From contig BFEA01000022.1 of the NCBI GenBank assembly GCA_003427395.1, positions 2,161,876 to 2,225,875 on the forward strand: 64,000 nucleotides of DNA. The letters are read 5' to 3'. Made by a program: the position numbers and the translations under genes. A model generated the notes under the pieces. It was given only the letters and a program-made list of their open reading frames with translations. It was not told where the DNA came from and did not search any database. Positions 37,501 to 50,100 of this stretch are shown piece after piece; positions within the stretch are counted from its first letter, which is position 1, and every line of letters starts with the position of its first letter. This DNA comes from Chara braunii. Its lineage: Eukaryota > Plantae > Charophyceae.

Positions 37501-39131
37501 AAGAAGTTTGGCCCAACCTTCCAAATGTGTTCTTCTTTAGTGGCTGGGGAAACGAGGGTCAGGATGGGTCAGCACCTGCGGTCACTTCGGCGCCTGAAAC
37601 AACGCCGATGGCTCGGCCAATGGCGATATCCAAACCTTTGCTCAAGTGAGGACGCTAACTATTATGGTGCAGACGCGAAAAGGAAGGAAGACGTCACAAT
37701 CACAGCCTTCGCCAGGAGAAAGGAGCCTATTAAGGTAGAGGATGGAGAAGATGAAGAGGATGAAAGATTGTGTGTGGAATATGAACAGCAGGCGAACCAG
37801 AGGGCTATGGAGAGGAATTCGGAAAAGGGGAAGACTAAGGTCAAAGAAGAGGAGCCTCGCAAGAAAAAGAATGTATATACAATCCCGGTGGAGAAAGGGA
37901 TTGGTTTTGAGCAACTTGTGGACCTTATTTTGGAAAGTCAACGCGATTTGATTACTCTTAGGGAGATTTTGTTTGTTTCGCCAAAGCTCCGTGAGGAGTT
38001 TAAGCAGAGCAAGACTCGAAAGAAAGTCATGACAGTTAAGCTAAGTGAGATCATTCCTCCGGAGGCTAACTGGGCGCCTCCTGGAACAAAGATGGACTGG
38101 CGATGTGCAGCCACTGGTCTTATAAAAGTTCAAATCGGTCGTGGAGAGTTTTCTGCTCTTGTAGATGACGGGGCCGAGATGAATATTATGAGAGAGAAAC
38201 ATGCGATCGAGGCTGGAATACAGATCAATCGCAATGATTTTGGATTTTTGGTTGGAACCAGCAGTGCAACTCCATTTTGTTGTACAGCTAGTGGAGTAAT
38301 GGTCACGGTCGGGAAGGTCAAGGCGAGATCGTATTTTTATATTTTACCAAAGATGGAACACAAGGTGCTCTTGGGAAGATCATTTCAGTATCGCACGGAG
38401 AGCATAATCTTCAACAAACATGACAGTACCATGTTTGTGGTTTTGTGTGATCCGGTTTGCGGCTACTATGAAGTCGTGAGATGCGCGAATACCGGACCGG
38501 AAAATTCAAGGAACTGGCTAAATCCCGAGTCATATACCTTCTCGGAGTCAGAGAAGTTGAGGAGGGAGAAAGAGGCAATCGAAGAAGAAGGAGATCCTCA
38601 TGAGTTCTCATTGACATTGCCAGATATCTCGCAGACAGTCGATTTTGTATCAACCCATCCTGCAATTGATCCAAGCCTGGTATAGGCCCTGATGGAGGTT
38701 GTGGCCGACGAAGGGGGTGCGGGGACCATGCATCTCGTTTACCGACCAAATGATTCTGGTGTGGAGGAATCTCTGCCATCAGCCAGGCAAGAGTTTTTTT
38801 TAGAGGACGGAGGCTCAGCGTTGGGTCAAAAAGGAAGTATAAGAAAGTAGGCGAGAAGGTTCGGCCAATGCCAGTTCTGATCACTCAGGAAAAGAAGGTG
38901 TATTATAAGGAAGAACGTGAGTGGATCAGAACATTGAAGAAGAAATGTGAGAAAGGGTCGTGTCGGCTGACAGATGACAGGATCAAGGAGATGATCATTG
39001 GAGAGGATGACCTCCTCACTAAGGAGGAAACCCATTTTTTTTTCAGCGTTATGAAGAAGATTCATTTGGCTTATGTCTTTCATGATGATGCGCGTGGAAG
39101 GCTGGACGTCGATATGATTCTGATGATCCGG
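37477..39131 (+). pseudogene. pol: Aspartic protease and RT N-terminus of element B
   Basis: ALVDDGAEMNI and VLLGRSF motifs. The frame ...LDVDMILMIR is cut by insertion C. Confidence 0.85.
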
Positions 39132-41429
39132 TGTCGAGCGCATCGGCCCCCGCGCGAGCGAGGGCCCTCCCGGCCGCGTCACGTAGGAGAAACTTAGCCT
39201 TTTAACTTTTTAGAGACAACTCGGGGACAACACGATAACCCGTGCCGACCCCTCGCCGCTCTGGCCGAGTGCACCAGTTGTACATCCCACGGTCCCTACG
39301 ACAGGATAGGTTCACGTGGAGCACAACTTACCTTCCCTAAGGGGTTGTCACCACCCTTAGGGGCGTATCCCCACCGAGCTACCGACCCACATGCGAAAAC
39401 TTTTATAATGCAATTGCAGAAGTAAGTCGGCCGAGGGCGTTTGCTCATTCGCTGTAGCATAGGTACGCATGGTTAAACGCCAAAGTGGACCCGAACGTCG
39501 TCTGTCCCTGGGGCGCTAATCTCCCAGGAATTGGACCAACGTCGGTCAACTAGGACGTGATATTCCAAGCGTAAGGAAAACTGCGAGCGATCCTAGTCCC
39601 TTCTTTCAAAGACAATCGAAAGCTACTCAGACAAAAACTCATGTCAACGTAAGTTGACTTATTTTCTGAAATCGGTACAATCATGCATACTGCTCGTTTG
39701 GGCTGTCACGACTTTCGCCTTGATGAGATGCGTTGCCAAATTTTTTCATTCCACCCCATATCAACCGCTAGAAAAGAATGCAGACAATTCTCAATACTCA
39801 AGTAGAGCTAGGATGTCATTGCTTTAATGATGACTTCACTACTTCTCTAACTTTGGTGTGAATGCCATCTGCAATTAATCTGGCTACCACTATACAAGTC
39901 AGTACTCGACTTGAACAACCGAACACTAGATGCCCTATCAAGGTCAATGATCTACTTTTAAATTTCGTTGGTCGCTTTGTCCTCCTGGACAATAATTACT
40001 CTTTCTGTTTCACAAATGATGAAGTACCAGCTTTGGACATGAAGATATTCAAGGCAATACTCTATTAACATCTTCCCGTCAACTAGTCTGATCACCCCAG
40101 GTTTGCACTTCTTATGGTGCAACCCTATCCGCGAAGGTATTGCCTAGTCGCACTCCGTCCATAGCTAGTGATCGCACGAACTGGGCTTCTTATGGCGCCA
40201 ACTCCTCACTCATCTGTGGCTCATAAGACGGTCACTAGAAGGGTAAACTATAGCGGTTCTTCTTAACGTGAGCCGTCAAGAACTTAACGCCTTCCGTGAA
40301 TAGCACACGTCCATCCCCTAGGAGGTGGTCTGGGATACCCCTCGTCCTCGCCCGAGCGAGCCTCGGATCTCAGAAGTCGGGCTGGCTCCACCACGACAAC
40401 ATGGTATCCCCCCGCCTAAGCGGTCCACTCCGAGTCGTTAACAGGGTCGGCCCCTAAGGCAACGAACCCCCGCCTCAAATGGCTCCTAGGGAAAGGAAGT
40501 GCACTTACCACATCAGACGGTCACCCCTTTATCGCCTGACCTCAAGGCGAACCTAGACGAAGAAGGAGATCATAGAGAAGAAAAATATTCAAATGGAACG
40601 GCATGGATAGAGAGGGACATTCAGGAAAGAATGGGTAACCTCGGGAAAAACCTATGTCCGATTCACTTCTTCTCCTTTGTGTGATCGCTCCGTTTCTCGT
40701 CGTCTACTGTCTTCCCACCCCTTCAGCATACACATAAGTGAGTGACAACAAAAACAATCATCATCCCTTCGCTTTCGCTGCCATGATCAGATCTCTCCTT
40801 TTTTTTTCTTTTTTTTTTTTTCTTTTTTTTTTTCTTTTTCAGGCATTCGTCGACTTACCTGCACATCAGATCAGACAGACAAATTCAAAACCAACACAAT
40901 GCAAACCCATTCTCAAGTCAGACTCTCATTCACACGCGCATGCACACATCTCCTCTACCTTTTCAATGAACGTTCAAAGAACAGGGTCAAGCAAGTGTGG
41001 GTTCACACAGGCGTGAAGGGAACTGAGTCAGGATAACTGACCTTGCGTGACGTTGAACCAAAGATAGCAAACGGCCCACTCAAGAAAGCCGTATAAACCA
41101 TATTCTAAATGAGAAGATCGCCGCAGTAAGCTTTCAGAAAAGTGATCCACACCACTCCCTCAAGGATCGCTCACTGACACGCAATCCCCTCACTGCCTCA
41201 ACGTTGTCACGACTCGCGGCCAGTACCACTATGCCACTACTGTGTCGAAGCGTCACCACCGCAATATGCGGACAGCACAACGTCAACACCACCTCAAAAC
41301 ACACATCCTCTTAATGACACCCCTCAAAATTGTTGTCGCCGTCGCGAAGACCGGACAACATTTTAACACCAATGCTAAATAGTTGCTGCTGCCGCACAAT
41401 TCCGGCAGTGCTTCCGCGTCACCGCCAAA

Positions 41430-41745
41430 AAAGCACAGCCGCCGTGCTAAGCGGACAGCACCTCCCCTACACACTTCTCAAAAATGGATGCCGCCGCCGA
41501 AAAAGTCACACAGCGTTTCCCCTACACTCCTCCAAGCGCAGCTGCAATAGCCGTAATAGCCGCGCAACACCCCCCAACACAAAAAAGTTGCCGCCGTAAA
41601 AAACAGGCAGCATTTCCCCTATGCCACTTGCCGAAGACCTGCCGCCAATGTGCAAAACCGGCAGAGTTTCCCCTGCGCCGCCTGCCAAAACCCTACCGCC
41701 ACCGTGCAAAATGGGCGGAGTTTCCCCTGCGCCGCTTGCAGTCCT
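41430..41745. repeat. Degenerate ~54-bp tandem repeat in LTR C
   Basis: CCGCC..GTGCAAAA..GGCRGAGTTTCCCCTGCGCCGC units: 3 clear copies plus decayed ones. Confidence 0.7.
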
Positions 41746-42771
41746 CCGACACTCCTTCCTCCTCCTTGCTGAGATGGCAGCTATGGCTGTACTCCACAGC
41801 TATGGCCACCACTAGCAACTTCTTTCCCCTCACACTGCAGACCTCCCTCGCCGCCAACAGCTCCTCTCAGCAGCAACACTTACTTCTCAGCAGTCAGCCA
41901 ACATTCTCACAAGTGAGAGTCCAGAAACAATGCCAAGTATGCTTGCTGCTGGCTGGTCGCTGGCTGCCTTTATAGCCAGTAGAAGGGCTGAGGCAGCTGC
42001 TTTGCCTTAGCCGTTTCACGAATTAGGGTCTGGCCCTCGATCGGAATCACGATCAAGGGTCAGAAATACTGTTGTTCCTCGAAGGGAACCCAGTTCAGAC
42101 CACTGGGAATGCATCTGGCCTTCACCCACGGCCAGACGCAGCCAAGAAATGGTTGTACTCAGCCATTTTTTAGCAGACTGTTGAGACCAACAGTCTGTTG
42201 TCTATTCATAGTCCAGATGTTTCTAAACTTGCATCTGGACTGAGGCCGCGGCTAGATCCGCGGCCGTTTCCCCTTCTTTTTTTTTCCCAACTTCTTCTTT
42301 TCTTCTCCTTTCCTTTTTTTTCTACCCCCTCGTTTTTCTAAAGCAGGGGCAGCTCGTCGTTTGAAAAACGAACGAGCAAGTCCCCTCCCCCAAGTCATTT
42401 CATAGAGTCGAACAAGAGTCAAGCTCAACAGGGTCTTTTTTCCCACTGCCTCCACGCGTCCGTCCCCGGACGCAAACCGTGCCAGGTTCGAGCGCACTGC
42501 AAATGCTGCAGCCCGTTTCTAAAATCGAACAGGCGCAGCAAAATAAAACTTAAATAAAATAAATTTAAAAAAACAAAAACAAAAACAAAAACAAAAATAA
42601 ATAAAGAAGAAGATCGAAAACAAATGAAAGAAAAAAAATCAACTTACTTGTTTGTCGTCACGTCGCAATCTCCGTCAGGTAAGACACTCCTCTCCTCCTC
42701 CTCCTCCTTCTCTCTCTCTCCCTCTCTGCCTGAATACAGCCGCATTTGTGCGGCTGATTCGGTCGGGTTAA

Positions 42772-42828
42772 CCGACTGTCGAGGCTCAACCTTCTGATGA
42801 GTCGGTGGAAGCCCGACGAAACAATCGG
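42772..42828 (+). ncRNA. Type III hammerhead ribozyme motif
   Basis: CCGACUGUC^GAGG-CUCAA-CCUU-CUGAUGA-GUCGG-UGGAAGC-CCGAC-GAA-ACAAUCGG. Complete catalytic core, GUC cleavage triplet and three helices, with one C-A mismatch in helix III. Confidence 0.8.
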
Positions 42829-44423
42829 GCACAGCCACACCCGTTTGTCTGAAATGAACGGGTGCTTAGNNNNNNNNNNNNNNNNNNNNNNNNNNNNNNN
42901 NNNNNNNNNNNNNNNNNNNNNNNNNNNNNNNNNNNNNNNNNNNNNAAAAAAAAAAAAAAAAAAAAGAGGAGAGAAAAAAGTAGAAAAAAAAACGAACTCA
43001 CCTCGTGGATGGTCAATCGCCTGTTTTCAGGGCGTTAGCACCCTCTGGGCCGAGGTCTCACTAGCAAAAAAAAGGATAGGATCGAGATCCTGAATTTGGA
43101 TGTATCTTACGCAGAGATGCAGAAAAGCAGTTCAACCTCGATTCCCTGTACATCTCCATAATCTCGTTCAGATTTAGGTATTCGATCCAATCCTCTTTGC
43201 TAGTGGAGCCACGCCCTTGGGGACTTCACGTCCCTTTCACTTCTGACAGGGTCAGGTGGCGCTTTGTTTACAGTTAGATTAGGTTGTCTTTTCTTTGTGT
43301 TTTTTTTTNTTTNTTTNTTCGTTTTGTTTTTTTTTTTTATCCCGTTCGTTCGTATTCCATCGCCATGCATCAAAAAGGAAAGAATAAAAAAAATCAAAAA
43401 AAAAAACTAATAAAATCTAAGGAAGAAAACCAAGAACCCGAAACTCCTACCTTGCTTGACAGGTCGCCCGTTTTCACGGGCACCTGCACTATTCGTGGGG
43501 ACTATAAGTCCCCATTACTTCCTATCGCACCACATGGCGCCTTAGTTATAGTTAGATTTTTTTTTTCCGTTGGCTTATACCAACGGCCAGTTCCCAGCAC
43601 ACTGCGTGGCTTTTCAGCCACGCCCCCCCCATGCCACGGACCCAAGTTCGATCCCCGTGGGATCGAAAGAAAAAAAAAAATTGGGGTCCCTCCTCGATTT
43701 ATGTGTGTCATCCCTGCGCAATGGCCATGCTCATCTCTCCGCGCGGTTGTTCCTGACCGTGCTATCTCAGCGATCGCATGACCGAAAACGGCCGCGCCGA
43801 AAAGGCTAGGCCGCTCCAAAAGGAGCTTTGCCCATTAGGTCCACATGTTAGGTTTGATCATGGTATCTGTCGGGTGAAAGTTTGGCACTATAACCTACTG
43901 GGCTAGCTCCTATCACAACAATGATAAGAGCAACTCTTCTATATGAAGAGCTTGTCCATCCAGTTAACACCTTGCAGCGGCCTTGCAGGCTCAGCCTGCC
44001 TGCGGCCCTCCATGCTTGGCTGCCCGTGTGGTCTCGGCACCGGCCTATCAACCCCCTGGCTCGGTGTCAGCCCCCGTGATCCTAAGATTAAAACCCTTCT
44101 TTTTATTCACCCCTGCGATGCGGCTCTATACCCGGCGCACCCCTATTTTTTGCCTACTTTAGTCTTTCCATGACCGCGCACCACTGCGGCCTTGTCGGAA
44201 CCGCAGACGACCGGTCGTACCACCGACCCATGTCGTTTCGAACAAACGTCGATGACGTCTCACGTCAACGACGTCAGGCTTTAGGTCTCTCAGTTATAGG
44301 GTTGGTCTGAATAACTTTGGCAACGTCAACCTCATCAAGTCTCCCAATCCAAAAGGTCGGGCAGCGTCTAACCTTGAAAAACTCGGGCAGAAACCCTCAC
44401 AGGGGTTTCTGTCCCGACACCGG

Positions 44424-47421
44424 ATCCATACGGTACCGCATCAGCCATGGAATGTGAAGGGTCCACGATATCTGAATCCGGACGATCACCGGAAAGTGGT
44501 TGATTATCTTGATGGTAAGGTTCGGACCAAAGTGGTTGACTATTCGTATGGGCCATATGCGTCTCCTTGGTTCTGCTTTATCAAGCCAAACGATGTTTTG
44601 CGATGGGTCCAGGACCTGCAAAAATTGAATTCTGTAACAGTCCGAGATGCGGGCGGAGTTCCGAACGCCGACCAACTCTCGGAATCTTATGCAGGCAGGC
44701 CCATCATCACCCTAATTGATTTATATTCAGGATATGATCAATTCCCGCTGTACACAGCGGATCAACCTATGACGGCGATGCATACGCCTCGGGGACTGCT
44801 TCATATATGCGCGGCTCAACAGGGTTGGAATAATGTCGTGGCAATTGTGCAGAGATATATGATGAGAGTCATGCAGCCACTTTGTCCGGACGTGACCTCT
44901 CCATATATCGATGATTTGGCCATCTCAGGACCTCGAGTCAAGGATGAGACTGAAGTGTTATCCGGCATTCGAAAGTTCGTGTGGGAACACGTCAGAAATG
45001 TGGAAAAGGTTCTAAGGAAACTAAAGGAATATTACCTCACTGCTAGTGGGGTTAAATCAAGGCATGGTATGAGGAAGGCGGTAGTACTGGGGTTCCTTTG
45101 TGATGAAAAGGGTCATCGGCCAGATGCCAAAAATACGAATAAGATCTTGGAGTGGCCGACTCCCTTCAGATCTATTACCGACGTTCGAAGCTTCCTTGAA
45201 ACTTGCAGATTTTGGCGTATTTTTATCCGTAGGTTCGCAGCAAGAGTGGAACACTTGCGGAAATTGGTACTCAAGAATCAGATTTGGGAATGGCGACCGA
45301 GGCAGCAAGCGGTCGTTGAGGATATTAAAGCTGAATTTTGAGAAGGCGGCCTGATTTTGGGAATTCCTTATTTTGATGATGCTGAAGGCCGTCCTTTCAT
45401 CATCGAAACTGATGCAGGTCCTACCGCTTTGGGAGGATTTTTTATTCAAAAGAATGAGGAAGGACGAGAACGGTCATTGAGATTCGAGAGCAGAACTCTG
45501 AATATTGTTGAGCGGAACTACTCTCGGTTCAAGAAGGAAACTCTCGTTGTGCTTCCCTGTCTGCGTATTTTTAGGAATTATGTATTTGGCAGGCGGTTCA
45601 ATCTACGAGTCAATCCTACGGCTCTGACTCAATCGCTGAAGAACTATTCTCCTTCCGATCCAACCATTGCTCGATGGCTGACATACATGCGATGTTCAAT
45701 TTTGAAATTGAACGTATTTCAGGCACTCAGAATCGTGTAGATGGGTTGAGTCGCATTGATTGGGACTCGTCGACGGATCAGGCTGAGGATTCAGTCCCTG
45801 TGGATGAGTTTCTGGAGAGAGAAGAGTCGCAATTAAATATCAACTCATATATTTACTTGGCGGATGCAGTTGCTCAACATGGGAAGACTATTTGGAATAC
45901 TCCTAGCTTCCATCATGGGCGACCTGAGTTAGTGATGGGGGAGCCATTCATTGAGGAGGACCCATGGGGTGAAAGGACATCAAAGCAAATGATGAGCTTG
46001 GTTTAATCCGATGAAATCGAGCTTATCAATGAGTCGCTGGCGATAAAGTATGGGCACAAGAAAGTTGATAAGACATACATGATCGCTGGGGAAATGTCTT
46101 TTCTTGTGAACTCTTTGATTCATGAAGACCGTCTGAGAATGATGAATGAAGAAGCAGAAGGCAGTGAGATCAGAGAAGTTTTCAGGGAAGGAGAGTATGA
46201 TGGGGAGTATAAGTTGATGGGAATGTGTTTGGATGGTGAGTTGAGGGAAAATGACGTGGATCCAGTTGTTAGCCAAAAGAGCAAGGATTTTGTTGTACGA
46301 TATGGTCATCTTCTTAAGAAGTCTGACGATGGTATTCTGAAGAGAGTGGTATGTGGGGTTGCGCGGCAACTTCATGTGATTGCAGCTTTGCATGATGGGG
46401 TCGCAGGCGGACATAGATCAGCACGAGTTACTTTGAAAAGATTCAACATCTTTATTTTTGGGAAGGAATGAGCAAGATGGTAAATGACTTCTGTAAATCT
46501 TGTCTTCATTGCCAAAGGCGATCTAATCTGCGTTTTGTTGAACCTCTTAATCCACGCTATGTGGCTGAGCCGGGAGCAGTAGTACACCTTGATCTATTGG
46601 TTATGCCACCTGGGATTAAAAGATACAGATATATCTTCAATGCAAGGGATAATCTGACTGGGTTCGTTGATGGTTGTGCCATTGGCGTGCGTAGTGGCAT
46701 GTTTTAGCATTGTGCATCAAAGAATATTATCTTTGGTACCCGTTTGTCCGGGAGTTTGTCATGGATCAAGGTGGTGAGTTTCGGGCTGGGGAAGTGCAGG
46801 CGCTTTTGAAAAGACTTGGAGTAAGCTTTAGTTATACTACAAGGGCACATCCTCAGGCAAATGCGCCGGTTGAGCGTGGACATGTCACTCTAACAAATTT
46901 GTTAGCAAAATAGTGTGCAGATGATCCTTCAAGATGACCAATATATCTGAGGACGGCATTCTTTGTTGAGAATGTCACCATAAGGCGGATAACTGGATAC
47001 GCTCCAGTCACGTTGTGGTTTGGGCGGCACGCAACTTTTTCGATCGAAAGTTTTCTGACCACTTGGCGAAAGCAGGATGTGGAAACGAAGCTTTCAACGG
47101 AAGAGTTGTTGGAATTGAGGGCAAAACAGGTGATGGTGAGCGAGGAAAGAGTTGAGGAGGTCGCTGCAGGCGGACAAGGAAATATGGGATAAGAGGCCAT
47201 GTGTTCGTAAGAAACCTTTGGAAGTCGGGGATATTGTGCTTCTTTATGATTCGTCCTTGGAAAAACAATGGTCGCGAAAATTGGACAGTCGATGGTTGGG
47301 ACCCTATCGTATTGTTAAGAGATTTGAGCATGGGGCTTATGAGATTGTAGAGATGGATGGGGCTCGAGGTAGAAATTGGGTGTTGGGATCGCATTTGAGA
47401 AAGTTTATTCCAAGGACTTAA
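44424..47421 (+). pseudogene. pol: RT, RNase H and integrase of element B
   Basis: RT: DLYSGYDQ, YIDD. RH: IETDAG, NRVDGLSR. IN: HDGVAGGH..CLHC, VHLDL, MDQGGEF, VERGH, WLGPYRI. Scattered stops and frameshifts; no chromodomain seen. Confidence 0.92.
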
Positions 47422-47997
47422 ACCACCAGTACCCCCGAAGCAGTCTTCCCAAACCTTGTTGTTGGCAATCTACCGAACCTCTTCGTCTTATGGGAACGCA
47501 ATTTGCAAGTGGTCGTGATATGGGGCTGACTGGTCTTCAATGCTGGCGACCGGTACTTCTGTGCTGGTTATTTCAGTTTTGTTTCCTCCCTTGTTTGTTT
47601 GTTTTTTGTTTTTTTCCTTCTTCATTTTTTTATTCTACGTTTCTTTTTTCCCCATAGGGTGGTTGCTCCTGCCAGAGGAGCAGGCGAAGGCACGGATGGC
47701 AGACTCGTAGTCAGAGAGTCGTAAATCACTCTATTGCCAGAAGTCATTATTCTTCAGCAAGGTCACGCTGATCTTCTCTGTATCCTTCCATGTTCCAGTG
47801 TAAAATGCATTCCCATTTTCGTAATCTGGACAAGAGTTCAACGTGGGCCATTGCAATTCTTGTGGGATGAACGCTCCAACACTTGACACCGTCAGCAGCA
47901 ACCGCAAAAGATAAATCATGGCAGTGGATCTTTCTTTTTTTTGGACAATTTCTCAATTAAAAAAAAAAACTAGAGAAAAACAAAAGGGTCACTCTCC

Positions 47998-48284
47998 AAC
48001 ATGCACAAAAGACAAAAACCGTAGCAATGTATCTTTCCGTGTTCTAGCGGAAGATTCACTCTCGTTTTGCACATGTAAAGAGTAGTGGAGCGAGGTCTTG
48101 TATTTCCATGTCCCAAGCGAATCTGACGGCGTAGGATGAGGCGTGAGCACAGCGTTGTGCACCTCGCTGCACTGCTCTCGACATGCACAAAAGACAAAAA
48201 TCTTGGGGTTGTATCTTTCCATAATATAGCGTAGATTCACTCTCGTTTTGCACATTTCGAGAGTAGTGCAGCGAGGCCCTGTAT
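47998..48284. repeat. ~105-bp direct repeat x2, 182-bp spacing
   Basis: ACATGCACAAAAGACAAAAA...AGATTCACTCTCGTTTTGCACAT occurs twice. Confidence 0.85.
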
Positions 48285-50100
48285 CTGTTTGTTTTTTTCT
48301 TGAGTGAGTGTCTCTGTTTCCAAAACTTGCGCCGCTCCAAGAGGAACAGCCCCCCGCTCGCGCCGTTTTCAGAGGGAGAATTTTTTTTTCGTATTCTCAT
48401 TTTTTTTATTTTATTTTTTTTAATTCTTTGGTCGTCCGTTTTCGTTTTCAAAACGGGCGACCACCACACATGCCTCGAGGCTGTACTGAGCCTCTACCAG
48501 GCCTGCCCACGTCCTCCATGAATTCAAGAGGCGACAAAAGTTTGGTTATACAGGGTACTGATGGTTTAATAAAGAGGTTACGGTTAGTATAAACTTTTGA
48601 TGATAAAGCATTTGTCTTTCTTCTTTTTATTCTTTTAGGATCTCTAATGGCTGACTAGTTCCAAAGTCAGACAAGGGAATTGTAACTTTGAACTTTTGGG
48701 GATTGGGATTTAATTTTGGGGTCTATCGTTCCATATTTTGTAATAATTAATAATTTCTACGACTTATGTTCGTAGAATTGTGTTGCGGGTTTTGAATGGA
48801 TTGAAAATCTTTCGACTTTTTTTATAAGTGCTATCACTTTTTTTTCGATATAATGTGATGCAATGCGAATTTGTGGATATTTTTAGACTTGAATGTTATG
48901 GAACTCTCTGTAAAAATGTGTGTTATTTGATGTATATTCTCGTTCAAAAAAGTTATAGGAAAATGATATGTAATTTGCATTATATGGCTTGTAGGACAGC
49001 TAGTGTGTTATTCGTAAAGGCATGTACTGCAATTATTTATCATAGCCTAAAACCGTCGTAATGTTTTTAGTTATCATGTTATGATGAGTCCTGATGCAGT
49101 GAGTTCCGTAGATGGTAGTGAGACCTGCGCCGGAACTTGTTCCTGGTCCAAAGTGGGATGTTGTCACTTTTCCTTTTAGAGGGTGGTTACACTATCATTG
49201 AAAGGGAGGAAGGTATTATTGTGATTGTTGGAATCTTGCTTATGAGGGTGACGACTGCCGCTCGTCATGGGGAAAGGAGTGGTCACCTTGGCCTTGTGAC
49301 GAGTGGAGTCGCTTCACCTCTATGGTCGGGTCTGACCAGCCTAGGTCATAGAGAAGGGGTAGTTCAACCTCACAGGTACGGGACTAGCAAACACATGACA
49401 CCGGAATTAGAGGGAAGGTGGTGAGGCTCGAGTCTAAAGCGGGGCTTGACGTCGAGATGTTATCCCTTGAGGATTACACCACTCCTCGACGCATATTACA
49501 AGGCATGCAGGAAAAGTATCATGTGTGATAACTCGTAATTGGAGTGGGATACAAAACCTGGACAAGGACTTTCGATGAAATTGTTTCTCTCATGAATGGT
49601 TGGTTCAGATATTGTCTGGGCCGCCCAAGAGGTTATTTATTTTGAAAGACCCGTCAGGGGGTTAAACCTAACATTTTTTTTAGATAAATGAATATATTAG
49701 CCAACTGGGGTTTAGAAGGTTAGCCGGAAGCTTTTTCGGTACCATTCTACGAGACTAAATGATGTTTAGAATTGCTGTCAGTGGGATGATGATGGGACCA
49801 TTTAGACAAAGATCTTTGAATATTTTAGTGATTCCAGAATTTGATCCGATATAAAAATTCAGGTTTTGCTGAAAGGTTTGCCAGAGGCTATATCTGGTAC
49901 CATTCCAATCAAGGGTGATTGAATTTAGACCACCGAGGAAATGACTCGGATTTTTTGTTGTAAGTTTCGGCTTATTTTCGATTGAAAGAAATTTTATTGC
50001 CATTTTTCCGGAAGAGTTCCGTAAGAATCCAGAGAGCCCTATATCATTGAATAATATAGGGTGAAGAACGGGGACGTCGTTCAATGGGGCCTGGGAATGT

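Larger units (their letters stand above)
39132..44419 (-). mobile_element. Element C: ~5.3-kb solo LTR of the B family, inverted, with CCGG target-site duplication
   Basis: CCGG at 39128-39131 and 44420-44423; TGTCG...CGACA termini. Removing it restores MIR-IHTVPHQPWNVKGPRY. Its ends match both B LTR fragments. Confidence 0.9.

Noticed and set aside
33153-40462. Large inverted repeat as the TIRs of a DNA transposon or DIRS element
   Set aside because: Explained by an inverted solo LTR inserted into element B. No transposase or tyrosine recombinase was seen.
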